Positions 46,757-55,667 of a DNA stretch of 64,000 bases are shown here, one piece after another. Below the pieces are notes generated by a model. That model was not told the origin of the DNA and did not search any database. It worked only from the letters and a program-made list of their open reading frames with translations. This DNA is from an uncultured Gemmatimonadales bacterium. Lineage in GTDB: Bacteria; Gemmatimonadota; Gemmatimonadetes; Longimicrobiales; RSA9. Position 1 is the first letter of the stretch. Each line of letters opens with the position of its first letter. Location: positions 32,001-96,000 of the forward strand of contig CAWCUS010000006.1 in the NCBI GenBank assembly GCA_963798845.1, in the 5' to 3' direction. The position numbers were made by a program, and so were the translations under genes.

Positions 46757-47086
46757 TCAGCCACAGCAGTCCCCACGCCGCGCCACCGGCAGCCAACCCG
46801 ACTCCGGCTTCACCTCGCCCAGGAACGACCTCATCTCCTCCAGCGCCTCCGGGACGAGTGAATAGTACACCCACCGGCCGTCCCGCCGGTCCGACACCAC
46901 CCCGGCATCCTTCAGCTTCTTCAGGTGGAAGGACAGCCGCGACTGTGCCGCCCCCATCTCGTCCTGGAGCTCACAAACGCACCGCTCTCCCCCGGTCAGC
47001 AGCTGGATCACCCTGAACCGGGTCTCCTCCGCCACGGCCTGGAAGCGCTGCAGCAGCGCCTCGTTCTGCACGGTCTGGTTCGTCAT
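46757..47086 (-). CDS. arsR: ArsR/SmtB transcriptional repressor
   Basis: GERCVCEL As-binding box, QSRLSFHLKKLKDAG HTH, RDGRWVYY, C-terminal CCG. Confidence 0.93.
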   Translation of the reverse strand: MTNQTVQNEALLQRFQAVAEETRFRVIQLLTGGERCVCELQDEMGAAQSRLSFHLKKLKDAGVVSDRRDGRWVYYSLVPEALEEMRSFLGEVKPESGWLPVARRGDCCG

Positions 47087-47092
47087 GGCCCA

Positions 47093-47122
47093 ACGATACA
47101 TCAACATCCATAGATACGTCAA
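47093..47122 (-). promoter_or_regulatory. arsR promoter with embedded operator
   Basis: Minus strand TTGACG-N18-TATCGT, 6 nt before ATG; ATCAA-CATCCA-TAGAT (47100-47115) lies in the spacer. Confidence 0.75.
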
Positions 47123-47236
47123 CCCCGCCCCAGCCGGCGGGGCGGCGTGCTTCCGCCCGGTCGCCGGCCCCGCGCCCTGCACACCATGCTCCCGGCAGGA
47201 TTCGACTGTGAGGCCGGCGTGTCCCTATCTTGTGGC

Positions 47237-47689
47237 ATGAAGATCTGGATCGACGCGGACGCCGCCCCGAAGGACGTGAAGGAGATCGTCTTCCGGGCCT
47301 CGGCCCGACTGGAGCTCGCGGCCGCGCTGGTTGCGAACCGTCGGCTCTCCACGCCGGCCGACAACCCGCTCATCGAGTCAGTGATCGTGCCGGGCGGGCC
47401 CGATGTGGCCGACCAGCACATCATCGATCACGCCCGGGAGGGCGACCTGGCGATCACTTCCGACATCCCGCTGGCCGCGGCACTCGTGGAGAAGGGGGTC
47501 CTCGTTCTGGACCCGCGGGGCGAGCGGTACACCGAGGCGAACGTCCGCGAGCGCCTGTCCATCCGGGACTTCATGGACTCGCTCCGGAGCAGCGGCGTAG
47601 ACACGGGCGGGCCGAAGCCGTACGGCAAGCAGGAGAAACAGGGCTTCGCCAACGCGCTGGACCGGCTGCTGACGAGACACCTGGGGTAG
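47237..47689 (+). CDS. yaiI: YaiI/YqxD (UPF0178) family protein
   Basis: MKIWIDADAAP, DVAD, ITSDIPLA, LDPRGE, FANALDR. Confidence 0.9.
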   Translation: MKIWIDADAAPKDVKEIVFRASARLELAAALVANRRLSTPADNPLIESVIVPGGPDVADQHIIDHAREGDLAITSDIPLAAALVEKGVLVLDPRGERYTEANVRERLSIRDFMDSLRSSGVDTGGPKPYGKQEKQGFANALDRLLTRHLG

Positions 47690-47747
47690 TCGGCTCCCCT
47701 TCGGCACGACCACGGGAGATTCTCCCCATGACCAGAGGGATGTGACC

Positions 47748-48266
47748 ATGGCGTTTTCCAACCGTGCCACGGCGGCGATTGCGGCGCTGAGCGCCCTCGC
47801 TGCGGCGGCCGTGACGGCTGGTGCGTTCTCCTGGAACGGCACGCGCGGCGCTCCTCCTTCGGAGCGCGCCCACCAGGTCCACGAAATGGCGGGTACGGTC
47901 ATGCCGTTCGCCCTCGACCGGACCACCCACGTCTTCGAGATGACCGACAGTGGCGGGATCCAGGACGTGGTGGCGAAAGAGCCCGGAGACACCGCCACCA
48001 TCCGGCTCATCCGGCAGCACCTCATGCACGAGTCGGAGCTCTTCCGCCGCGGCAGCTTCCGCGACCCCATGGCGCTCCACGGCAGGGACATGCCGGGACT
48101 GACGGAGCTGGCCGCAGGCTCGGACAGGCTGCGCGTGGCGTTTCAGGCGCTCTCCGACGGTGCCCGGATCACCTTCAGCACGGACGATCCACTCCTTCTC
48201 ACGGCGGTGCATCGCTGGTTCGGCGCCCAGCTCTCCGACCACGCCGCGGACGCCACGTACCGATAA
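47748..48266 (+). CDS. exported hypothetical protein (VMPF…TTHVF…GG family)
   Basis: Signal or TM N-terminus; motifs MPFALDRTTHVF, DPMALHGRDMPGL, VHRWFGAQLSDH. Confidence 0.7.
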   Translation: MAFSNRATAAIAALSALAAAAVTAGAFSWNGTRGAPPSERAHQVHEMAGTVMPFALDRTTHVFEMTDSGGIQDVVAKEPGDTATIRLIRQHLMHESELFRRGSFRDPMALHGRDMPGLTELAAGSDRLRVAFQALSDGARITFSTDDPLLLTAVHRWFGAQLSDHAADATYR

Positions 48267-48389
48267 AGCCGCCAGGTAGAGGATCGCCACGCACAGAGGC
48301 GGGGACTCGGGCGGACGCGGCGCTGCGCGGCCGGGATCGGCGGGGTCGGTCCGCTGCCCTGCATTCGTCGTCGAGCCCGTGTCCTCGCC

Positions 48390-49895
48390 TCAGGTCGTGA
48401 CCTCCTTGGTGACGGCTTCCGCCACCGCCGCTTCCTCCCACGGTCCTTCGCTCACGGCTGACAGCTTCTTCATCGTCGGGATCACCGCGGCGGCGATCAG
48501 CGTTCCGGCCACGGCCACGATACCCAGCCTGGTGAAGAGGCTGGTGTAGAGCGGGAGCGTGGCGACCGGATCGGTCACGTTCTGGGGCACGCTGGCGAAG
48601 GTGGCGACGTAGCTCCCCACGTACTGCGAGATCCCGGTGGCGAGGAACCAGACGCCCATGATGAACCCGCGCAGCGACGGTCCGACGTAGCGCGCCACGA
48701 CTGCGAGGCCGAGGCCGCTGATGAGGAGCTCTCCCAGCGACTGGAATCCGTAGCCGGTGATCATCCACCAGAACGAGACCTTGCCGGCGCTGGCGAAGTG
48801 ACCGCTGAAGCCGTAGGTGAAGAACCCGAGGCTCAGTACCGCGAAGCCCATGGCGAACTTCGTGGAGATGTGGAAGTCCCCGCCTTTGCCCTTCCCGAGG
48901 TGCGTATAGAGCCAGGCGAGACCCGGGCTCAGGACGAAGACCCAGATCGGGTTCAGCGCCTGGACCTGCCCCGCGGGGACGTGGTACCCGAACAAGCCGA
49001 GGTCGACGTTCCGGAGCGAGAAGAGCGTGAGCGAGGTCGACATCTGCTGGTAGAAGATGAAGAACAGCATGCCCAGCCCGGTCAGGATCAGCACGGCGAT
49101 GAGACCCTTTCGCTCGCGCTCGCTGCCCCGTCGCATCATGATTCCGAAGATGCCGAGCATCGTGAAGAACCCGAGGATGACGGTGCCCCGAGCAACGGTG
49201 CGGTTCTGGACGATGAACGTCACGAGAACGATGCCGACGGCGATCCCGATGAGGACCTGAACGAGGCGCTTCACGTCGAGGGGCCGGAAGTCGGGCTCGG
49301 AGCCCACGTGCCGGAGGTACCGGCTCATGGCGAAGTAGTTGAGGATGCCGACGACGAGCCCGCCCGCGGAGACTGCGAACGCAGCGTGCCACCCGAACCT
49401 GATCGCGATGAGCGGCGTCGCGATCTGCGATGCGGTCGCACCGATGTTGACGGCCATGTAGTACATGGTGAACGCGCTGTCGATCTTCGCGGGATCTCCC
49501 TCGTAGAGCTTGGAGATCATGTTGGCGGGATTCGCCTTGAAGATGCCGCCGCCGACCGCCACGAGCGCCAGCGCCGGGAAGAGAAGGCCCGGATGATCCG
49601 GAATCGCGAGCCCGATGTATCCCAGGGCGAGGATCAGCGCGCCGAGGACCATGGTGCGGCGGCTCCCGAGGAGCTTGTCGCCGATCCAGCCGCCGAGCGC
49701 CGGAACGGTGTAGGCGAGCGCCGCGAACGCGCCGAACGTGAGGGTGGCGCGGTCGTCGGTGTACCCGAGCTTCTGCACCATGAAGAGCACGACGACGGCC
49801 GTCATGCCGTAGTAGCCGAACCTCTCCCAGAGCTCGATGAGGAAGAGGGTGGTGAATCCCTTGGTTCGCGAAGGCGTCAGCGCCTGGGTCGTCAT
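48390..49895 (-). CDS. proton-dependent oligopeptide (POT/PTR) transporter
   Basis: ELWERFGYYG signature, YYMAVNIG, QALNP, GELLISGLG. Confidence 0.93.
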   Translation of the reverse strand: MTTQALTPSRTKGFTTLFLIELWERFGYYGMTAVVVLFMVQKLGYTDDRATLTFGAFAALAYTVPALGGWIGDKLLGSRRTMVLGALILALGYIGLAIPDHPGLLFPALALVAVGGGIFKANPANMISKLYEGDPAKIDSAFTMYYMAVNIGATASQIATPLIAIRFGWHAAFAVSAGGLVVGILNYFAMSRYLRHVGSEPDFRPLDVKRLVQVLIGIAVGIVLVTFIVQNRTVARGTVILGFFTMLGIFGIMMRRGSERERKGLIAVLILTGLGMLFFIFYQQMSTSLTLFSLRNVDLGLFGYHVPAGQVQALNPIWVFVLSPGLAWLYTHLGKGKGGDFHISTKFAMGFAVLSLGFFTYGFSGHFASAGKVSFWWMITGYGFQSLGELLISGLGLAVVARYVGPSLRGFIMGVWFLATGISQYVGSYVATFASVPQNVTDPVATLPLYTSLFTRLGIVAVAGTLIAAAVIPTMKKLSAVSEGPWEEAAVAEAVTKEVTT

Positions 49896-49998
49896 GGTCG
49901 TTTCCTGGATCCGTGAATCTCGGCGGGTCGCCCACTATTATCCCTTGCGCGACGCGGTCGCGCCACTGCCACACACGATCACATTGCCGGGAGTCCCC

Positions 49999-51264
49999 AT
50001 GGTCGCTTTCGATGACCCGTCCGTGGTCCTGAGCCGGACCCGTATCGTGGAGCGCTTCCTCGAATACGTGCGCTTCGACACCCAGTCGGACGAAACCAGC
50101 GACACGTGCCCGAGCACCGCCAGGCAGCTCGAGCTGGCGCGCCAGCTGGTGGCCGAGCTGAATGAGATGGGACTCCAGGGTGTGGGCGACGCCCACGTCG
50201 CCATGGACGAGAACGGCTACGTCCTCGCGGAGCTCCCCGGGACTGCTCCGGGCCGCGTGGGCCTCTGCGCTCACATGGACACGGCGCCGGCGTTCACCGG
50301 GTCCGGCGTGAGCCCGCGGCTGGTGGAGGGCTACGACGGTGGCGCCATCGACGTGGGCCACGGCGTGGTCCTGGACCCCGCCGACACGCCCGAGCTCGGG
50401 GAGTGCGTCGGCGACACGATCATCACCACCGACGGGCGCACGCTCCTGGGCGCCGACGACAAGGCGGGGATCGCGGCGATCATGGGCGCCCTGGAGATCC
50501 TGGTGCAGGAGCCGGAGATCCGGCGGCCAACGGTGCGTGTCTGCTTCAACCCGGACGAGGAGATCGGTCGCGGCGCCGACCGCTTCCCCCTGGCGCGCTT
50601 CGACTGTCCCGTCGCCTTCACGGTCGACGGGAGCTTCACGGGGGAGATCAACGTCGAGACCTTTTCCGCCGACAAGGCAGTGGTCACCTTCACCGGCGTC
50701 TCGGTCCACCCCGGCACGGCCCGGGGAAAGATGGTCAACGCCCTCACCTGGATGGGGAAGCTTCTGGACCGGCTGCCCATGGCTGAGGCGCCCGAGACGA
50801 CCGACGGGCGTGAAGGCTTCTACCACCCCGTCACGGCGTCGGGCGACGCCGCCTCCTGCACGCTGCAGCTCATCCTCCGGGATTTCGACACCGACGTCCT
50901 GGAGGAGCGCGGCCGCAGGCTGGAGCGTATGTGCGCCGGGCTCATGGCCGAGGAGCCCGACCTCGACGTGAAGGTAGAGATCGCGAAGCAGTACCGGAAC
51001 ATGTACGACGTGCTGAGCCGCCACCCCGACGTCACCGCGAAGCTGGAGGCGGCGGTTCAGGCCGCCGGGATCACCCCACGGCTCGAGCCCATCCGCGGCG
51101 GGACGGACGGCTCACGGCTCACCGAGCTCGGGATGCCCACGCCCAACGTCTTTGCCGGAGGTGTCAACTTCCACGGACCTTCGGAGTGGATCTCCACCCG
51201 CGTGCTCGCCCAATCGGCGTGCACGATCCTGAACCTCGTGCAGCTCTTCGCCGACGGGGGCTGA
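49999..51264 (+). CDS. pepT: peptidase T (M20 tripeptidase)
   Basis: ERFLEYVRFDTQS, AHMDT, LGADDKAG, PDEEIG, IRGGTDG, NFHG. Confidence 0.93.
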   Translation: MVAFDDPSVVLSRTRIVERFLEYVRFDTQSDETSDTCPSTARQLELARQLVAELNEMGLQGVGDAHVAMDENGYVLAELPGTAPGRVGLCAHMDTAPAFTGSGVSPRLVEGYDGGAIDVGHGVVLDPADTPELGECVGDTIITTDGRTLLGADDKAGIAAIMGALEILVQEPEIRRPTVRVCFNPDEEIGRGADRFPLARFDCPVAFTVDGSFTGEINVETFSADKAVVTFTGVSVHPGTARGKMVNALTWMGKLLDRLPMAEAPETTDGREGFYHPVTASGDAASCTLQLILRDFDTDVLEERGRRLERMCAGLMAEEPDLDVKVEIAKQYRNMYDVLSRHPDVTAKLEAAVQAAGITPRLEPIRGGTDGSRLTELGMPTPNVFAGGVNFHGPSEWISTRVLAQSACTILNLVQLFADGG

Positions 51265-51353
51265 GCACGGCGCCCCCGGGGGGGCACCGATCGCCCCGGT
51301 CGTCCGCTCAGCGGCGGAGCACGATGAGAAACGGCCGCACGCGGGCGCCCTCC

Positions 51354-52640
51354 CTAGCCGCCGATCCTCACCAGCTCGACGCGCCGGTTCTGCTGCTTCC
51401 CTTCGGGCGTGTCGTTGCCCGCCACGGGCCGGGCCTCGCCGAATCCGGCGGTCTCCAGCCGGGAGGCGTCGATGCCGTAGCTCTCGACGAGGTAGTCGCG
51501 CACGCTCCCGGCACGCTCACCGGACAGCTGCTGGTTGTAGGCTTCGTCGCCGTCCGAGTCGGTGTGGCCTTCGATCGTGAGGCGCAGCTCGGGATGGTCC
51601 CGGAGCATGGTCCCGATCTGCTCGAGCGTGGGCGTCGACTCCGGACGGATGCGCGCGCTGTTCGTCCCGAAATAGATGCCGCGCGTGGCGACGCGGCCGT
51701 TCTCCGCGAGCGCGTCGTACAGGTCGCGGCCTCCCGCGGCGACCCGGATCGGCCCGATGAGCATCGGGTGCTCCTCGTCCGCCGAGTACGTGTTCTCGAG
51801 GTAGATCCACTCCGTGCGCGCAAGCTCCGCGTTGGGCACGTTCGCCACTCGCCGCTCGTTGACGTAGACCTTCACGTAGCGGCCATCCGCCATGATGCGG
51901 ATGGCCGTCAGCGCCTCGTCCACCGTCCCGGTCACCCGGTTCAGAGCCTCGACGGACGCGCCCTGCCCCTTCTTCACTCCCGTCCCGTTGCGGGCGATCT
52001 GAAACCAGTTGCCCGCGAGCTCGCCCACGTTGCGCTCGGCTCGCTCAGTGGTGACTGCGAGCTGCTGGTTCACCTCCGGGAAGTACACCTCCGTCTCGAT
52101 CGTGAACCGTTCGGGAAGCGCTTCCGGAAGGTGGATGGCGACGGCGCCGTGCCTCGGCCCCGTGTGCCTCAGAAGCCGTCGCCCCTGCCACTCGACGATG
52201 TCCCAGTTGCCGCGCACCAGCTCGACACGGCGGGGGAAGTCTCCCACCTGGTCGGCCGACCAGTCATCGGCGAACAGCACCCGCTCCCCGGGGATGAAGT
52301 CGTAGTTCGCCCACGCCCCCTCGCCGGGCTTCGGAGCCGTGGCCGCCGGCGCCGCCCCGGGATCGGTGATCGGCGCGCCATCCTCGTCGGTGAGCAACGT
52401 TCCGCTGTCGTCCGTCAGGACCACTTCCTTGCCGTCCGCCTGCGCCTGCTCGAGACAGACCGGGTCGTCGAACACGCAGCGCACCTTGCCGCGCACCAGC
52501 TGGTCGATCTGGCTGAGCGTCTCATCCTCCGCCGCCTTCTTCACCGTCTCCTTCACCTTCTTCCAGATCTGCGCGTGCGACGGTGCCGGGGCGAGAAGCG
52601 TCGCGACGATCACGAGCGAAAACGGAATCCGGACGGTCAT
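51354..52640 (-). CDS. OmpA family peptidoglycan-binding protein
   Basis: Signal peptide after GGAGGAG; C-terminal IEGHTD…YNQQLS…NRRVEL. Confidence 0.88.
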   Translation of the reverse strand: MTVRIPFSLVIVATLLAPAPSHAQIWKKVKETVKKAAEDETLSQIDQLVRGKVRCVFDDPVCLEQAQADGKEVVLTDDSGTLLTDEDGAPITDPGAAPAATAPKPGEGAWANYDFIPGERVLFADDWSADQVGDFPRRVELVRGNWDIVEWQGRRLLRHTGPRHGAVAIHLPEALPERFTIETEVYFPEVNQQLAVTTERAERNVGELAGNWFQIARNGTGVKKGQGASVEALNRVTGTVDEALTAIRIMADGRYVKVYVNERRVANVPNAELARTEWIYLENTYSADEEHPMLIGPIRVAAGGRDLYDALAENGRVATRGIYFGTNSARIRPESTPTLEQIGTMLRDHPELRLTIEGHTDSDGDEAYNQQLSGERAGSVRDYLVESYGIDASRLETAGFGEARPVAGNDTPEGKQQNRRVELVRIGG

Positions 52641-52872
52641 GGCTCCTCCACGGTGAACCAATGCAAGGCGAGCGTACATGCCAAGCGCGAAAACCCGGAC
52701 GAACCCGACAGCCGCCACGGGAGGGGAGCCGCTGGCAGCGCGATGCTCCGCCGGCGTCAGCCGGCGCTTTCCGGCTGACAACCGCTCCGCCATGCCAGCC
52801 TTGCTCGCTCGCCGGTCGGCTCCTACGGTGTCCACCATCCCGGCAAGCGCGTTCTCACCCCCGGAGTCATCG

Positions 52873-54336
52873 ATGAGCCCACTGCGTCGCACGCTGCTGC
52901 CGCTTCTGCTCCTGTTCGGGGGCACCGCCCCCGCGCTCGCCCAGGTCCCGGGCACGCCTGCCAGGCCTGCCACGGCGGAGGCCCGGCAGGCGGCGGTGGC
53001 GACCGGGCTGGAGCGCGCGATCCAGGTGGCGGGGCGCGAGCCGGAGCGGTGGACGATTCAGCAGCGCATGGAAGTCTACGGCGTGCCCGCGGTGAGCGTG
53101 GCGGTGGTGCACGACGGGCGCCTCGACTGGGCGCGGGCGTGGGGGTGGGCGGACGTGGCGTCGAAGCGGGAGGCGACGCCGTCGACGCTGTTCCAGGCGG
53201 CGTCCATGAGCAAGTCCGTGGCGGCGCTGGGTGCGCTGACGATGGTGGAGGACGGGCTGCTGTCGCTGGACGGCGACGTGAACGACGCCCTCGTCGCCTG
53301 GAAGGTGCCGGAGAACGCGTTCACCGCGGCGCGCCCGGTGACGCTGCGGGCGCTGCTGTCGCATACCGCAGGGACCACGGTGCACGGCTTCCCGGGCTAC
53401 GCGGCGGGGGAGCCGGTGCCCACGACGGTCCAGGTGCTGGAGGGGGCGGGCAACACGGCGGCGATCGTCGTGGACACGGTGCCGGGCGCCGTCTACCGGT
53501 ACTCGGGTGGGGGCTACACCATCGCGCAGCTGCTCATGGCCGAGCGGGCCGGGCGGCCGTTCGCCGAGCTGATGCGGGAGCGCGTCCTCGACCCGCTCGG
53601 GATGGAGGAGAGCACGTACCGTCAGCCGCTCCCCGCGGCGATGCGGGAGCAGGCGGCCACGGGGTACCGCCAGGTCGGCCAGCCGGTGAAGGGGCTCTAC
53701 CACACGTACCCGGAGATGGCCGCCGCCGGGCTGTGGACCACACCGTCCGACTACGCGCGCTACGTCATGGGCGTCCAGGCCGCGTACGCGGAGCGGCCGG
53801 GGTCGCTGGTCTCGCGGGACGTCGCCGTCACCATGCTCACGCCCGTGCTCGGCGACTACGGGCTCGGCCTGGGGATCGCCGGCGCGGCCGACTCGCTCCG
53901 CTTCGCCCACGGCGGCGCCAACGAGGGCTTCCGCAGCCAGTTCGTCGGCTATGCCGGGAGCGGCGAGGGCGTGGTGGTGATGACGAACAGCGACACCGGC
54001 TCCCCGCTGGCGCAGGAGGTCATCCTGGCCGTGGCCCGGGTGTACGGGTGGCCGGGGCTGGCGCCCCGGGTGGTCACGGCCGTCCCCGTCGACCCCGCCA
54101 CGCTCGCCCACTACGCCGGAACCTACACCGTCGGCGGCACGCGGCTGGACGTCACCGTGGAAGGAGACCGCCTCATGCTGGCCGAGGACGGCGGCACGCC
54201 GCTGGAGCTGGTGCCCACGGGGGAGGACGCGTTCGTGTACGTGGGCGGCGGCATCGCGCTGACGTTCGAGCGGGACGCCGCGGGTGCGGTCACGGCGATC
54301 CGCGCCGGCAACGCGCGGGCGGAGCGGAGCCCGTGA
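52873..54336 (+). CDS. serine hydrolase, beta-lactamase/AmpC-like family
   Basis: Signal peptide; FQAASMSK (SxxK), LLSHTAG, YSGGGY, HGG. Confidence 0.88.
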   Translation: MSPLRRTLLPLLLLFGGTAPALAQVPGTPARPATAEARQAAVATGLERAIQVAGREPERWTIQQRMEVYGVPAVSVAVVHDGRLDWARAWGWADVASKREATPSTLFQAASMSKSVAALGALTMVEDGLLSLDGDVNDALVAWKVPENAFTAARPVTLRALLSHTAGTTVHGFPGYAAGEPVPTTVQVLEGAGNTAAIVVDTVPGAVYRYSGGGYTIAQLLMAERAGRPFAELMRERVLDPLGMEESTYRQPLPAAMREQAATGYRQVGQPVKGLYHTYPEMAAAGLWTTPSDYARYVMGVQAAYAERPGSLVSRDVAVTMLTPVLGDYGLGLGIAGAADSLRFAHGGANEGFRSQFVGYAGSGEGVVVMTNSDTGSPLAQEVILAVARVYGWPGLAPRVVTAVPVDPATLAHYAGTYTVGGTRLDVTVEGDRLMLAEDGGTPLELVPTGEDAFVYVGGGIALTFERDAAGAVTAIRAGNARAERSP

Positions 54337-54998
54337 CGGGCGGACCGTTCGTTCCGCTCCCGGACTATCGCGAGTACCCGCCCGAGGAGATGCTGGCGCG
54401 CAGCCGGGCGTTCCTGGCCGAGATGCAGCGGCGGCGGACCACGCGGCACTTCAGCGACAGGCCGGTCGCGCGGGAGGTGATCGAAGCGTGCGTGAGGACG
54501 GCGGGCACCGCGCCGAGCGGGGCACACATGCAGCCGTGGCACTTCGTGGTCGTGGGCGATGCGGAGACGAAGCGGCGGATCCGGGCCGCGGCGGAAGCGG
54601 CGGAGGCGGAGTTCTATGCGACGGCGCCCGAGGAGTGGCTGGCCGCGCTGGCCCCGCTGGGGACCGACGCCCGCAAGCCGTACCTGGAAGCGGCGCCATT
54701 CATCATCGCGGTCTTCGCGCAGCGCTACGGGATCGGCCACGACGGCGAGCGCCGGACGCACTACTACGTGAGCGAGTCCGTGGGGATCGCGTGCGGCTTC
54801 CTGATCGCCGCGCTGCACCACGCCGGACTGGCCGCGCTCACGCACACGCCCAGCCCCATGGGCTTCCTCGGCGAGCTGCTGGGCAGGCCAGAGAACGAGC
54901 GGGCCGTGATGCTGGTGGTGGCCGGCTACCCGGCGGAGGACGCCCGGGTGCCGGACCTCACACGCAAGCCGCTGGACGACATCGCGACGTTCGTCTGA
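54333..54998 (+). CDS. nitroreductase-family flavoprotein, iodotyrosine deiodinase-like
   Basis: GTG 54333 (GTGA overlap); [52 protein letters not shown]. Confidence 0.85.
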   Translation: MTGGPFVPLPDYREYPPEEMLARSRAFLAEMQRRRTTRHFSDRPVAREVIEACVRTAGTAPSGAHMQPWHFVVVGDAETKRRIRAAAEAAEAEFYATAPEEWLAALAPLGTDARKPYLEAAPFIIAVFAQRYGIGHDGERRTHYYVSESVGIACGFLIAALHHAGLAALTHTPSPMGFLGELLGRPENERAVMLVVAGYPAEDARVPDLTRKPLDDIATFV

Positions 54999-55038
54999 TC
55001 CCGGCCATCGGGGCGCCCCCGCCGCCGCCCGCGCGGGG

Positions 55039-55632
55039 TCACCCTTCCGCCGCCTCGCCGTTGCCCGCCGTGCGCGCGGCCGCCCGGAACAGCAGTCCCG
55101 ATCCGGCCCACAGGGCGATGAACATCCCGTTGACCGCCACGACTTCCGCCGCTCCGCCCTTCGCGCTCGGCGCGTACCCGGCGGCGAGGGCGATCGCGGT
55201 GACGGCGGCCTGGGCGAGGGCCGTGGCGAACAGCGTCCACATCATCCCCTTGGGCTGGAAGCGGGCGGCGAGGGCGCCGACTACGGCGACCGCGAGCACG
55301 CCGAGGTACATGCCGTTGGCGGGGTTGTCCTCGCTCCCGATGACGCCCACGGCGAGGTTCGCCCAGATGAGGAAAAGGGCCGTCCCGGCCCAGAGCGCCG
55401 TGGCCCACCGGTAGGTCGTTCCGGCGCGCCTTCTCGCCGCCACCACCAGCACGTACACCAGGCCCGTTCCCGCCAGCAGGACCCCGGCCAACGCGAAATC
55501 GGCCCCGGTCCACGCCACTTCATCGGTCAGCTGCATGGCCACGAGGGGCACGAGGAGGAGAGCCGCCGTGGCGCCGAGCACGCCCATGACGGGCCGGGAC
55601 ACGCTGATTGCCGCCTTCATTGAAGACTCCAC
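55039..55632 (-). CDS. hypothetical membrane protein
   Basis: About 6 TM helices; LLVPLVAMQLTDEVAW…LIWANLAVGVIGSEDNPAN. Confidence 0.75.
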   Translation of the reverse strand: MESSMKAAISVSRPVMGVLGATAALLLVPLVAMQLTDEVAWTGADFALAGVLLAGTGLVYVLVVAARRRAGTTYRWATALWAGTALFLIWANLAVGVIGSEDNPANGMYLGVLAVAVVGALAARFQPKGMMWTLFATALAQAAVTAIALAAGYAPSAKGGAAEVVAVNGMFIALWAGSGLLFRAAARTAGNGEAAEG

Positions 55633-55667
55633 GGTCGAGTGTTGCGGTTCATGTGGTCCAGGGGATC

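Noticed and set aside
43371..47086. Arsinothricin biosynthetic cluster
   Set aside because: No radical-SAM arsL or arsQ transporter, and the GNAT is ArsN2-like rather than ArsN1.
52660..52690. Possible sigma54 promoter (minus-strand TTGGCATG…) upstream of the OmpA gene
   Set aside because: GG-to-GC spacing is 11 nt rather than the required 10.
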